A DNA stretch of 64,000 nucleotides, taken from contig CM120643.1 of the NCBI GenBank assembly GCA_051362555.1, forward strand, positions 23,440,848 to 23,504,847, given 5' to 3'. A model generated the notes under the pieces. It made no database searches. It saw only the letters and a program-made list of their open reading frames with translations, and was not told where the DNA came from. Source of the DNA: Lingula anatina (lineage: Eukaryota; Animalia; Brachiopoda). Positions 14,157 through 26,021 of this stretch are shown here, one piece after another (the first letter of the stretch is position 1; each line of letters begins with the position of its first letter). The position numbers were made by a program, and so were the translations under genes.

Positions 14157-17100
14157 TCAGCATATATGCAACACTGACAACACATTCAAGGAAAACAAGT
14201 GGGTCTAGAGAATCACAGGAGTGATCATTGTTAGGAAAATACAGGTCAATTCGAAAATCTGCCTGATTGTACCATTTTTAGTTATATTTTTTTGCATATT
14301 TTGAGAACTCTGTTGATTGCATTTTATAGAGCTTGTCAAGCACAAGACTGGTGGTAGTGTCCCTATTTTTTTTTTTTTGGGGGGGGGGTCCATTCGAATG
14401 CGCTTACTCCAGCTGGTGGTACAATATCCAGAGGCGGTATGGCCTCTCTGATCCTCTAGTCATTAAAAATTAATAGTCATTATGCTGTTAAGCATTATGC
14501 AATATTGCATCAAAATTGAAGAGAACTCTATTCTAGGCACTGCCGCTATAGTGCCCATGAAAGGAAAACCATGTCACTCACTCTTTTCAAATTTACAGGA
14601 AAGAAACATGGGCCTTATATGCAGCTTCCTTTGAAAAAGAAAAAAAAACATTATTATTTAATGCTCAAGTTGTATTGACATATTCTTAGAAACACAAAAA
14701 TATAGTTTCTTTGGTACACTCAAGAAATGACTTAGCAGCATTTTTGGTGGTGTGTGCAGCAGCTGTTGCATTTTTATTACACCGTGGGCAGAGAGGTTAA
14801 CAGAAAAGCCAGAACTAGCTTAGGAAGATTCTAAGCTCTCATCAAGAGGTTTCCCACAATCCCCAGGTCATGTGCAACTAGTTATTTTCTAATAGACTTG
14901 TGAAGATTCTTTTGTCTATAGCTATTTATATTAGTTTGATCTTACCATCCAATATTTCATCTGCTTGCAGTCAGATTTCATCAGGGAATGAGGTTGTGAC
15001 AGGTATGACAACCTGTCACCCCCTCTGGTGTGCTATTTGGTCAGATCCCCCCCCCTTGCCTGCCCCTCCCTTAGGAGTGGTAGGTAGAGGTTGGGTAGCT
15101 CAGTCCCATCATTCCGATTCAACTTGGCCCCATGTAAGCGGATGTTAATTGCTTCAAGAACTTTCCGGTGTAGATCTCGTGGCTCTCTTTCCAAGATTAT
15201 TATGTCTTCTATGGTTGTTGATGTTATACAATGCCCTGTCTGTTCCTGGTGTTGGCTGAGGGCAGATTTTTTATCATGTTTTTTGATCGATTTTTGATGT
15301 TCAGCGATTCTTTCAGTTAAGGAACGTCCTGTCTCTCCGATGTATTTCTCTCCACACACCTGACACTCACACTGGTATACAACTCCACACTGTTCTCCTG
15401 GGTCTAATTTGTCCTTTGGGGATACTAGGATGCCTCTTAGTGTCTGTCCTGCCTTATGGTGTAATACTACATTCCTTTTTCTGAATGCTCTTTTTAGCTT
15501 TTCACTAACCCCTTTCATGTAAGGTAGTACTGCATATCCTTTGGGTTTTTCTTTTTCAGTCATGTTCTCGGGCCTTTGTTGTTTTTCTCTTCCTTTCTTT
15601 TCCCCTTCTTTTATAGCCCATTCTGGGTAACCACAATTTCTAAAAGCCACTCTGATTTTTTCCTTCTCTATCTCTACCTTGGGTTTCTCTTTTATCAGTG
15701 TGTCTGCCCTATGCATCAGCGTCTTGATGATTCCTATCTTCTGTTGGACAGGGTGGTGGGATGTCCACTGAAGGTAGTGGTCTGTATGCGTAGGTTTTCT
15801 ATAAATGTCTGTTGTGATGTTATCATTCTTCCTAATAAGCTGTAAGTCCAGCATGGGTAATGTCTGGTTGTCATCTTCCCTTTCTATTGTGAACTTAATG
15901 CTGTCATGTTGTGCATTGATATGTCGGAAAAGCTCCTCCTCGTGTTGTTTCTGTATTATAACCCCTGTATCATCGACGTATCTGGCCCAAAATTTTGGTG
16001 GGTGGGTGGCTGTTCTTAGTGCCTGCTCTTCAAACTCTTCCATGAATAGGTTGGCCAGGACAGGAGAGAGTGGAGAGCCCATTGCCATTCCATATACCTG
16101 TACGTAAATACGCCCTTGGTACCGGAAGTAGGTTGTCTCAATTGTTAGCTTTAGTAAGTCCCCAAAGTCCTCTGGAGGAAGCAGTGTTCTGTTTTTCCAG
16201 GTTTTATCCTTCTTGGCCCTTTCTACTGCCATATTTGTCACTTCGTTGCCTGGTACGCTGGTGAATAGGGCTGTTACGTCGAATGAGGTTAACACCTCCC
16301 CCTCTTCCAGAGTGATCTCTTCCACTTTTTTCCACTTTTTGTATAACATCAACAACCATAGAAGACATAATAATCTTGGAAAGAGAGCCACGAGATCTAC
16401 ACCGGAAAGTTCTTGAAGCAATTAACATCCGCTTACATGGGGCCAAGTTGAATCGGAATGATGGGACTGAGCTACCCAACCTCTACCTACCACTCCTAAG
16501 GGAGGGGCAGGCAAGGGGGGGGGGATCTGACCAAATAGCACACCAGAGGGGGTGACAGGTTGTCATACCTGTCACAACCTCATTCCCTGATGAAATCTGA
16601 CTGCAAGCAGATGAAATATTGGATGGTAAGATCAAACTAATATAAATAGCTATAGACAAAAGAATCTTCACAAGTCTATTATAATAACATAGCTAATGAA
16701 ACTGTTCTACACTAGTTATTTTCTGCTTTTTGTCTGTACAATGCATTTGACAGCTTTGCTGCCTTGTTTTTCAGTGAAATTCATATCAGTATAACTTTGA
16801 AGGTCTCATCGGCCCAAAACATGCCATAAAGTTTAAAGAGATAATAACTCTTCGTTTTGGCCAAAAAATGAATTTTCCTGGAGTAAACAACAATTTTCCC
16901 ATACTTACCAAAGGTCCATGAATCCATTTTTACTTTCAAAGTTAGTCCCTGGTTTTTTTCTAAAAAATTTGGTTTTTTGTTAAAATCTTATAAGAGATTA
17001 TAAGAGAGTATAGCCATCAGTGGAGGTCACGTGGTCTAAAGACAAGCTCAGATATCAGAATAATAGCTATAACTTCCGTTTTTGTGGTAAAACAGAATAT

Positions 17101-17429
17101 ATTATATTTCTATGAGTTGTTCACAATGTTTTGATTATGAAATACAGATTTCATACGAAGAGTTATTATCCCTTTAAATAAATAAAAGGTGGGTTGGAAA
17201 CTATACCTCTCATCAGTGTCCCAATAACCAACTTATTTCCCAGCCACATTTTTTTTTTTTTTTTGCTTTTTACAGGATTGTGTACATGTTCAAATGGTAT
17301 CCAAGACAAGACATCACTTGGACTGAGCACCCACAAGACTCCAAGTTTACCTTTTTACCAAGCTGGTTTACTAACCCAGACCAACAGGGAAACAGCGGCA
17401 TTAAGCTGGAAACAACCCAGCAGGCATAG
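6446..17429 (+). CDS. DXO: Decapping and exoribonuclease protein (DXO/Dom3Z/Rai1 family), 7 coding exons
   Basis: Phase-consistent GT-AG exons 6446-6807, 7314-7537, 8272-8367, 8520-8625, 8819-8954, 9243-9337 and 17276-17429. Family motifs: [36 protein letters not shown](K)[26 protein letters not shown] and C-terminal FLPSWF. Confidence 0.93.
7558..7803. mobile_element. Short MITE in DXO intron 2 (related copy at about 52416-52632)
   Basis: Imperfect inverted ends (...TTCCCA / TGGGAA...) with internal GATCGATCT palindromes, flanked by TAA. The same organisation recurs at 52.4 kb. Confidence 0.6.
9712..10240. mobile_element. Helentron/HINE-like non-autonomous element fragment with about 155-bp internal repeats
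   Basis: Starts TTTTATGTACAGACAC-AGAT-GTGTCTGTACAT (palindrome), then a CGTC-rich tract and about three copies of a unit containing CAGGTCAAGTTCGAAAATCAGCATGATC. Interrupted at 10241 by a TIR element; related sequence at about 14160-14300. Confidence 0.55.
10241..11052. mobile_element. Non-autonomous Tc1/mariner-type element
   Basis: Left TIR CAACCATTCCACGAAAAAGGGTACAATT versus right end AATTGTACCCCTTTTTGTGGAATGGCCG; TA on both flanks (10239-10240 and 11053-11054). Confidence 0.75.
12303..13102. mobile_element. MITE with CCCAGC...GCTGGG termini (EnSpm/CMC-like), copy 1, nested in the Helentron-like element
   Basis: TIRs CCCAGCAGGCA / TGCCCGCTGGG, 2-bp TG flanks, many subterminal CAACGTTG palindromes and an internal (TA)n tract. 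Closely similar to 17416-18189. Confidence 0.8.
13190..14100. repeat. Tandem array of about 6-7 units of about 145 bp
   Basis: Recurring CTCCAAAACTGGCA, ATAGGAAGTCATATACTGG and AATTGACCTTTGACCTA, with unit starts near 13210, 13341, 13493, 13634, 13782, 13929 and 14064. Confidence 0.9.
14946..14990 (-). ncRNA. Minimal type I hammerhead ribozyme in Penelope pLTR
   Basis: Reverse complement of the motif at 16581-16625. Confidence 0.7.
15033..16338 (-). CDS. Penelope reverse transcriptase plus GIY-YIG endonuclease (N-terminally truncated, no internal stops)
   Basis: RT motifs [35 protein letters not shown] and YRKPTHT; GIY-YIG motif [20 protein letters not shown]...EH...LEA. The first 27 or so residues of the listed ORF come from the inverted pLTR. 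Confidence 0.93.
16581..16625 (+). ncRNA. Minimal type I hammerhead ribozyme in Penelope pLTR
   Basis: CAUUCC-CUGAUGA-A-AUCUG(acugcaag)CAGAU-GAAA-UAUU-GGAUG: both core boxes, a 5-bp stem II, a palindromic AAUAUU stem III and a short stem I. Minimal hammerheads are an established feature of PLE pLTRs. Confidence 0.72.
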
Positions 17430-17859
17430 TTGCGTTGGATCAACGTTGAAAACAAGTTGATACGTTGAATTGCCGTTGATCTACCTAAATTCAAAGTTAA
17501 ATCAACGTTGATCCAGCCACGTCGACTCAACGTTGTATTTTGGTCAATGACACAACCTTGCAGTTATGGATTGTAATTTAAAGTATTAATTATTGAAAAC
17601 GTGATACTTTGTTTATCAATACTGTCAATAAATTTATCAAAATAATAACAAAATGGTTTAAGGTAAAAGTGACAGTTGTTTTGTGTCTTTAGTTAACTAG
17701 TGAATTTTCTTAACTTGTTATTCAGAAATACATTCCAATAAACTGAATTGCTTGCAAGGTCAGCTAACACTAGGATGCATAAGTTGCTGTAAATGTGATG
17801 GAGTTAACAGTTCTTGGTAACCTGTTATAAATAGACAGGTTGAGGTGACTGTGACCTTG

Positions 17860-17912
<53 letters not shown>

Positions 17913-18189
17913 TCTAAACCTTGGAAATTTTAACTTAACTTATTTAACTTAATTAATGGCCATACATTTATACCCTACATATATTTAGCCATCAAACATG
18001 TCCTACTGTTAAACACATCCAGGCAAATTTCCCGCTGGGTGGGGTTGATATAACATTGTTTTCTGACGTTGATACAACGTTGTTATCTGAGGTTGACACA
18101 ACTTTCAAATCCAACGTTTATTCAATGTCTTTTCAACGTTATGGTTCAACGTTGTTTCAACGTTAAAACAACATAATTTGCCCGCTGGG
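17416..18189. mobile_element. MITE with CCCAGC...GCTGGG termini, copy 2, inserted into the last DXO coding exon
   Basis: Same TIRs, CAACGTTG palindromes and (TA)n tract as 12303-13102. Flanks AA/CA give an imperfect 2-bp TSD. Confidence 0.8.
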
Positions 18190-19174
18190 CAGTGCATCAT
18201 TTTGATAGTTCAGTCTTACCTGAGTTTTCAGTATAATCAGATTTTGAACTGTGACAAAATTCTTTTTATTAAGGATTGTATTTAATGGTACTTTTTGCTG
18301 AAACTATTTAGTTGTATGTCCCAGAAGACAGGGCAACAGATTTAAGTGTGAAGGTAATTTTGCACATATACTGACAGTCGATAAAAACGCATCAGAAAAC
18401 TTTCTTTTACATTTTTACCGAGAATCGATTCCAACCATATAAACAACAAATGCACTGGACTGACCACTCGGATTTTAAAATTTCTGCTTCAGCGATTTTG
18501 TGATCAGCTGTTACAAAATCATGTGTTTTTCTGTCTCGTGATTGGTGTGAATTAATCAGGTTCAATATATGGTGATTAATTAAGCCTATTTAAGGTAGTC
18601 ACCAAATCCAGTATGACACATGACCAAAAAGTTCAGTGATGCCACGTCTGACACTGAAAGAGTGACTGTGGGCCCTGGGGATGCTGGAGGCTGGGCGGAA
18701 CCAAAGACATTTGATCACGTGACCTTCCAATCTAATGATCTTTTCTGACCTTTATTTCACCTTGTGTGACTGAATAATGGGTCATATTTCACACGAAAAC
18801 TGTTATTTTCTCAATGTGCCAAAGGAACATAAATATTATATGATTAATAAATAATGCGTTTTCATTGACTGTCAGTATAGTTAAACAAATACTGCTTACT
18901 TCATTTTTAGGATCTTTCTCCTTTACAACATCCATGTTATAGCTTCTGATATTTGTTATGTCCGTTTTATAGTATGAAAATATCAACTTAAAACACATCT
19001 GTTCAGACTGCCAATTCTTTGTGGTTGTTCTTAGGCTAATGAAGTTATATAGGATACTATTTGTGAAGCATTAATTTTGATAATTGTACCTGTCCATACA
19101 GTCTAACAGTAATCTTTCTGAAAAGTCCTGAAATGTTTTATATTCCCTAAACATAAAATGTGGCATATTTATTG

Positions 19175-19620
19175 TCAAGCTTCCATTTCCTCTCTGCTAG
19201 TTTTTGTGCTGCTGTTCCTGAGCTGCTTTTCTTGCTTTCTTTGCAGATTCTTTCTTCCTACTTCTTCCAAACGCCTTTTGTAGTTCTGAAAAGCTAATCT
19301 GGCTGATTCACCAAAGGCTTGGTGATGGGAACACCGTGGCTTGCCTTCATGTTTTGTAACTACATCATTGGTTGACCTCAGACCATTGACTGATTGGGAA
19401 GTGAGTAGGGTTCTGTACTGAGTGATTGTCCTCTTCTTGGCAGATAGACTTTTCTCAACATCTGCATTACCATGGATTAAGCAAAGACATGCTTTTACAA
19501 GTTTGGAAAGCACCTTAAATTTCAGTCTGCCTGTTCCAAATTTTATTTTGAGGACGTTCCACCAGTAATGATCAGTGCGGACATTTGATACCTCATTGTT
19601 GATGTACCAGTGTAAAGTCT
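19175..19620 (-). pseudogene. Degenerate transposase C-terminal region (hAT dimerisation-like)
   Basis: LSKLVKACLCLIHGNADVEKSLS...TLLTSQSVNGLR resembles the LxLPHSNAxxERxFS...LxxxxxNG segment of hAT-related transposases. The frame appears disrupted and no termini were identified. Confidence 0.5.
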
Positions 19621-21781
19621 GTCTCTTTCTGTTTTACACAAGAACAAAATGAAGTCCAGTTTGCTTTTCATAATCTATTAATAAACAATCATTAATATTT
19701 CAGACTTTGATCAGGAGAGAATCCTACAGTGTCCAACTATGATCCAAGAGAGAAAGTTAGAAAATTAATCAGCTATGAAGTCTAGCCTTACAAAATGATG
19801 TAAATTCCAGCTTGCAGTGTCATCTAAAACTGCTTATCTTTCTTAGTGAATGGAGATGTTCACAAACATATTATGATTCTCAGATTACAACAATGAAGAG
19901 TTTCTGACTTTGCTTTGAAATTATCAGTTTGATAAACATACAAAAACTTGAGAAAATGTTATTTACGACCGGCGTAGTTAGGTTTTTCAAGCACAGCTTA
20001 CCAACAACGCCAAATGCAACAGTCGGTATCTTAGACTTAAAATTACAAACAAGGACCTCTGGATAACATTTAAGACACATTTGCAAATTCAGATAACACA
20101 CTTAAGGATTAGCACAAAGGAAGGATTAAGATAATATTGAAATCACCCCCTTTAACTTTTATTTATCAATTATAAAAACACTTTCAGAATTAATATATTA
20201 TTGGAATAACTTCATTAGACTTAGATTAATCAATCATAATGTTTTCGTAACCTTTATAAACCCTGTGCATATATTACATATGGATAGCCTGACCTCTTTC
20301 CAATTCTTTAACTGATTTAAGCTCTGCATTCATAGTATTGGGAAGTCCTTTTCTGCTGGTCCTCACTGTACCTCAAGCAAGTGTGGACCTTCGTAGCCTG
20401 GAAATATCAATGATTTTCATCAGCAGATCAGATAAAGCTTCTTGGTGTCGGAGTTGTCCACGCAACCTGCTGTGTTGGAGAAGGCTGACATTTTATCGGC
20501 TTCTTCTTCACTTGTGGCTTGTCACCAGGACTCTTCTCAAACGTAAACAAATCATATAGGATTTTTGCCCATCTGGCTTTTAAAGATGTAGGCCTAGACT
20601 CAAAGTCTGCATCAAAGTAAGACTGGACTCTAGCCGCTTCAAAATGGTGAGAGAGGGCTAAAGTGCTTCTGGGCATTATAATCCTTATATAAGTGCCTAT
20701 CCTACCTAACATCCCTTCAGCATCGGCATCCTTTGACTTGACTATATCAGGTTGAGCACCCCTCTGTCAGAACTGGCACCCTCAATTCCCCGGCTATACT
20801 CTCGTTAATTCCAGCGGCTATGCGGCTATCCCACCCTCTATGTCACCGCTAAGGATGTGTAGAGACGCATATCCTCCCTCCCCCCCCCCCCCCCCCCCCA
20901 GTTCTGACAACATATCCTCCTACCAAGATCTTGTTAGTAGAGCAAATTCCATCTCCGGAGATCAGCTCAACCTTGCACCCACATGGCTGCGCCAAGTGAC
21001 CGGAGATGATATCTCTGGACGAGAGCTGCGTCTCTTGACTGTAGATGGTGCCTGTCGGACAGACAAGTGGTTTCCAATCACAGGTAACCACAGGGGTTAA
21101 CACATTCCCGTACTTTCTACAATGCCGATGTCGGTCGGCCTGCCCTTATTCCTACACTGATTCTAAGGCTTGTCAACCCTCACAGTTTGAGGGAGGCATA
21201 ATCTTTTCAAACCCTTTTTTTTTTTTTTTGCTTCTTTGTCAATCAGCTCATAAAAGCTGCAGTGCAATCTGTTGAGTTTGAGTTATATTGGGTCCTTCAG
21301 TTTTTAACTTTAGCAGCTTCAGTAATTTTCCTTTCGAAATTCTGCTTCTTATTACCTCATGTGATTATTCTTACATTGGGCTGTGTCACACTCTTCATGA
21401 GTCCTTTCTCCATAAGGAGCTGGTGTTTTCTACTTCCCTCTTGCTTATCACTTTCACTTGTATGGACAATCATTTTTGATTCACTGTTATGATATGTAGG
21501 CAGTGCTACTTATAATTTTTCTATGGTCAAATAAGGCTGTTTTTTTAAACCTAAAATTGATTATTTTTTCTTAACAAACATATTTTAGTTATGTAATGTA
21601 AGTGCTTTTATGTGAAAATACATGTTTTATCTAGAATACTCTTAATTTTTTGTCATTAAGCTCTGTGATTTTTAATGTATTTATTCCTAATAATTGATTC
21701 GTAAATTGATTCGTAATTGTTTTATGTATATGTAAACGAAGTCTTCTGAACATGTTAGCATGGATTTTAGACTCAAAATAA

Positions 21782-21784
<3 letters not shown>

Positions 21785-21821
<37 letters not shown>

Positions 21822-21868
21822 GTTGTTGTTGTTGTTGTTGTTACCAGTATTATTATTATTGTTATTAT
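21785..21868. repeat. Compound (ATT)n(GTT)n microsatellite
   Basis: Seen directly in the sequence. Confidence 0.9.
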
Positions 21869-23403
21869 ATGTTCAGTGTTTAACCGAAAACCCAGGACTG
21901 CCCATCCTACCATCACCTTAAAAATATTCATAAACACAAAATTGTCCAACAAACTGTGAAACAAGCCTGAGTAAAATCTCTAAATACAGTTGCCAAATAT
22001 TTTACATAATGCTAAATTGGTCTTGTTTGGAATGATAATGTGTCATAAAAACTCGAATGAATTAAAAGTGAAAATATAAGTGTTAACCAAATTATTTACC
22101 AGAAATTGCCAGCTAATTGCCTCTGACACTGTTCAGGATGTCACGTTGCATTTTGTTTGAAAGATTAAACGAGACTTATCTGTAAGTTTGATATTAATTA
22201 ATGTATTGACGTATTTTTTGCTGGTGTAGACGTAACTTCTACAGGTGTTCAAACAAGACATACATGTACGTTCACGTCTACACTTCTACCATCTACTATC
22301 ATTTACTATCATTTATTCCATTCCGCAATGTACGCAGGTAACTTCATCAATGTAAATAACTTCTAAAGAGGCGTAATTACATGTAACACCGATTTTTGCC
22401 ATACCTTTGGGTATGTTTGTCAACCATACAGTAATGGTTTCTATCAAGTATGCAATGTACAAAACGGTTATCAGGCAGAATCATTCATGCAAATGCCCAC
22501 ATAAACCATACACAGTATAAAATAAAACAAAATCAGAAGGGTTTACTTGTAAAACTCTTAACATTATTTCATCAACTTTTGCAGAATTCCTAATTGACGG
22601 GGGTGGTGTGTGTGTATGTGTTTCTGGGATTAATCGCTCTGAAAAGAAAATATAAGCTTAGGTTCCTGTCAGAAGCCTTCGTAATCAACACTAAATGAAT
22701 GTAACATAAAAATAACAAAACATCAAGTGAAATCATAAATTTCTATCAGATAATGCATTAGTAATGTAAATTACCCGAGCATTGCGTAAAAAACGGGCTA
22801 GTAGAATAATAAATTGCTGAAGGGATTAATATGTGTACTGTCGTTTTAAAAAAGTGCATTTCATGTACTTAGTAGTATACCAACCATTTTGGGCAATAGT
22901 GTACCTACGGTATGTAATGGATCTATCGGTATTTGGATCTAAAAATACGTGGATCTATAGGTATGCGGATTTATAAGTACGTGGGTTTATGTGGACGTTT
23001 TATCTATAGGAACACAAATATATAGGTCGGTGGTAAAAAACCGGATCTATCGGAATTTAAATCTAAAAAGACGTTTTTCTGTGTTTCCTTTATGTATCTA
23101 TCGGTAACGGGAGTACAGCAACGTGTAATAGTTTGGGACTATCGGTACGTCCCCGTAGCAATACCTCACCCACCCTGCAAATGAAATTTAATTTATGACC
23201 CTGACCATAGACTAGTTTTCACTTCATACCCTGTTACTGTACAAGATGACGCGGTGTTTTGCTACCGCAACCCTGTTTCGTGAAAAATACAGACGCTGCA
23301 AACTTTCATGATCACCAAACAAGGCTAAAAAGAAGATAACGACAATAGATACACTCTAGATAAACTTTCATTTATGGGGTTTTATTGTTTTTATGGTCTA
23401 TAT

Positions 23404-23571
23404 CAGGGGCGGATTCAGAGTTATTTCCTGACAGTCTTCCAAATTATCTTCGTTGATCCGTTCTTCATTTTTGACCGTCTTCCGACAGAAAAAAATAGAT
23501 ACTCGCCAATGTAAACTTGAAAATCTGACCGTCTTCTGGAAGACCCAGAAGACGCCCTAAATCCGCCCCTG
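23404..23571. mobile_element. Small hAT-like MITE
   Basis: TIRs CAGGGGCGGATT / AATCCGCCCCTG, with TATAT on both flanks. Confidence 0.65.
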
Positions 23572-23972
23572 TATATTATCAAATATAAGAAGCTTTTCAC
23601 GGCAAGTATATGGAAGTGGGGAATTTTTCTAACCCGCAAAGAGAGCCCTTAAAGATGCATACGAAGTCAATTTTTTGTCACAAAAGCCAAGCAAATGCCG
23701 GCATACAGTTTCAAGTAGTATAACTAAGATAATTTCCAAAAGGCATTGTTTAATTTTACCCCAAAAAAAATTGAACGGATTTTTCTGCTAACATCCTATG
23801 CTGTGTACCAATGGGGCAGAAAAGTAGGTCACTAAAGTAGGTAAAATTTCTGACCAAAAATTTTAATAAAGGAGCAGTCTAAAGCTCCTTTATGGCTGAT
23901 CGAGTGATTTATTCAGTTTATCCCTCGGCATGTCGAATTTATTTTAGTCGTATAAGAAACTAGTAGAAGTGG

Positions 23973-24021
<49 letters not shown>

Positions 24022-26021
24022 CTGTCATTCTTTGCTAGTGGTTACAAAATGTTGAATTTGACCAAAAATTTCAAACTTTCTCTGGGAAGCTGTAATTTTG
24101 CGATGTGATAGCTACACCATCACAGTTTATCATTTCATAAAAAGGGAAACAGCAGCTGCCCTTTTTAGGGCACACAGGAGAGTTGAACAGCTATACCCAC
24201 CAAATCCAAGACGCGTTACCCTGGGTAATATATTTTGCACAAACTAATGAAAGTCTAATGGAATGTTTTCAGTTTTAGTTTAAATCATAAGGGGGTGTTG
24301 TCTCAATGCTTCAAAACTGGTTTTGAAGAATTTAATCCACATTTCATAATTAATAAAAATGGTGAATATGTGGGTCACGGTAACGTTATTGACGCGGGTA
24401 CAAAAACTTTTTATAATCATGTAAATAATAACAATATTTTTGCTATTATCCATACACACTTCATTCATGAGGGGCACACCACTTTCACATGCTTTTAAAA
24501 TGGAATTGACAAACACAGAGGAATAATGCACATATTTTATTTACTGTAACTCTGTCATATGGGACACACACTGAACAAAGTTGATCTAAAGAATGTTCCA
24601 GATTGTAGTTTTTTATCAGAACTATTATTTTTTTATTATTATTTTAACACAATAAAGTTCAGTTAAATACAAAATTTAACAAAATGAAGTTCAGTGTAAC
24701 ACAAAGTTCATAATTATAACATTCTTCCTGACATATGTAGACCAATGGTGATATCTGTTCTGTGCTCACTAAGGCATCCACTCTTGGGATTCTGAAAAAA
24801 AAATCACACAAAGAATCTGTTAACTCTGATAACGAACAATGGATAACCTAAGATCACAAATAGTTTATTGCTTATTCAAACAAAGTACAGTGCATTACGA
24901 GTGGCAAACACGCATTACTGAGACACATTTTCTTCACCCATTTTCGGTGCTTCATTGCGTAACGTAAGTGTTGCTAGTAATCCATTATTGCTGTTTTTAC
25001 AGACGGTTAAATTTTAAACGCACGGAATACAGTGTAGCAGCTTAATTTAAGACAAAACTAAAAAAAAGTAATTCAATTTCGATGATTGAGTTTTCGAGAA
25101 CAAGAGAACATGAATACGGTATCACCGCGTCATCATGTTCAATATGACCTTTAGTCCCCCATGTGAAACAGACGCAAAACGAAAGTTCAGACGAAGTCAC
25201 CCTACTTATAGAATGGTAAAAATCAATCGGTACACAAATATGTTGAAACAATTGAAGAAAAATGAAACGAAACTCATTATTTCTCACCTTCATACAAAGA
25301 AGATCCCAATAAACAATCCTGTGACGGTTAAATCGAGGGAATTACACCTGTGCCCTGCATCCTATCTCGACAGCGTCATTGCTTGACATGTTATCAGAAT
25401 GGGCCACCCGCCAGTTTGAGCTGGTTTTTTTAGTGTGCAAAAGAAGCCATTCGTGTGTAAGACGTCATCAGTTAGTGAGTATGGAAGAAGATCGCTATCG
25501 ATGTATAATTTTCACACGGCATTTTAAAGTCGTCTGATAAAAATCGATCTCTGAAGTTTCAGCGTTGCGAACGTTATATTGGGACGCGGTGAAGAAAAAT
25601 CGACCTTGCTGAGCAATAAATGTGAAATTCTTAAGAAAACTGATATTATCATGGACTTCGTGACACAAACTAACCGACATACTACTTTGGACGATTGAAC
25701 AGTTTTAAAACGGAAAGATAGGATTAGATGAAATTTTCATCGTGGTGGGACACCGCATGTATCGTAAGTTAAGCTAATTTTGTGATCATTTTTCAGTGAC
25801 TTCAAATAAATTTTTATTTAAATAACAATTTGCACATTCTGTTTATTATATCTTCTTGCAGTAGATGTATTTCCTGCTTCAATAATCCATTCAAACCCTA
25901 AACAAACTGTTCTTAAATAATGTCTTTTTAAGGAAATGTGTTTTTCGTCCTACTGGTAAATAAATAAATAAGAGACCCAACTACGACATTTCAAAAAAAG
26001 CATGTCCCACTTTTTTCACAG

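Larger units (their letters stand above)
11563..14460 (+). mobile_element. Helentron/DINE-1(HINE)-like non-autonomous rolling-circle element
   Basis: Subterminal inverted repeats ATTGTACCACCAGC (11567-11580) and GCTGGTGGTACAAT (14412-14425); 5' stem-loop GTACCACCAG...CTGGCGGTAC; 3' hairpin AGAGGC...GCCTCT (14430-14447) followed by CTAG-T. Contains an internal TTGACCTTTGACC tandem array. Confidence 0.75.
14891..16710 (-). mobile_element. Penelope-like retroelement (Penelope/Poseidon type), 5'-truncated, with inverted pseudo-LTR
   Basis: 16339-16680 is the inverted copy of about 14891-15230, plus a 30-nt tail to 16710. 14-bp TSD ACTAGTTATTTTCT at 14877-14890 and 16711-16724. Confidence 0.93.

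Noticed and set aside
16339-16421. Hydrophobic N-terminus ([26 protein letters not shown]) on the Penelope ORF, suggesting a membrane-anchored RT
   Set aside because: It is the antisense reading of the inverted pLTR joined at the truncation point.
20841-21102. GC-rich TGT...ACA segment as a solo LTR
   Set aside because: No TSD, no second copy and no clear poly(A) signal; not supportable.
22905-23158. Degenerate GGATCTATCGGTA repeats of about 20 bp
   Set aside because: Probably subterminal repeats of a decayed DNA transposon, but termini and TSD could not be defined.
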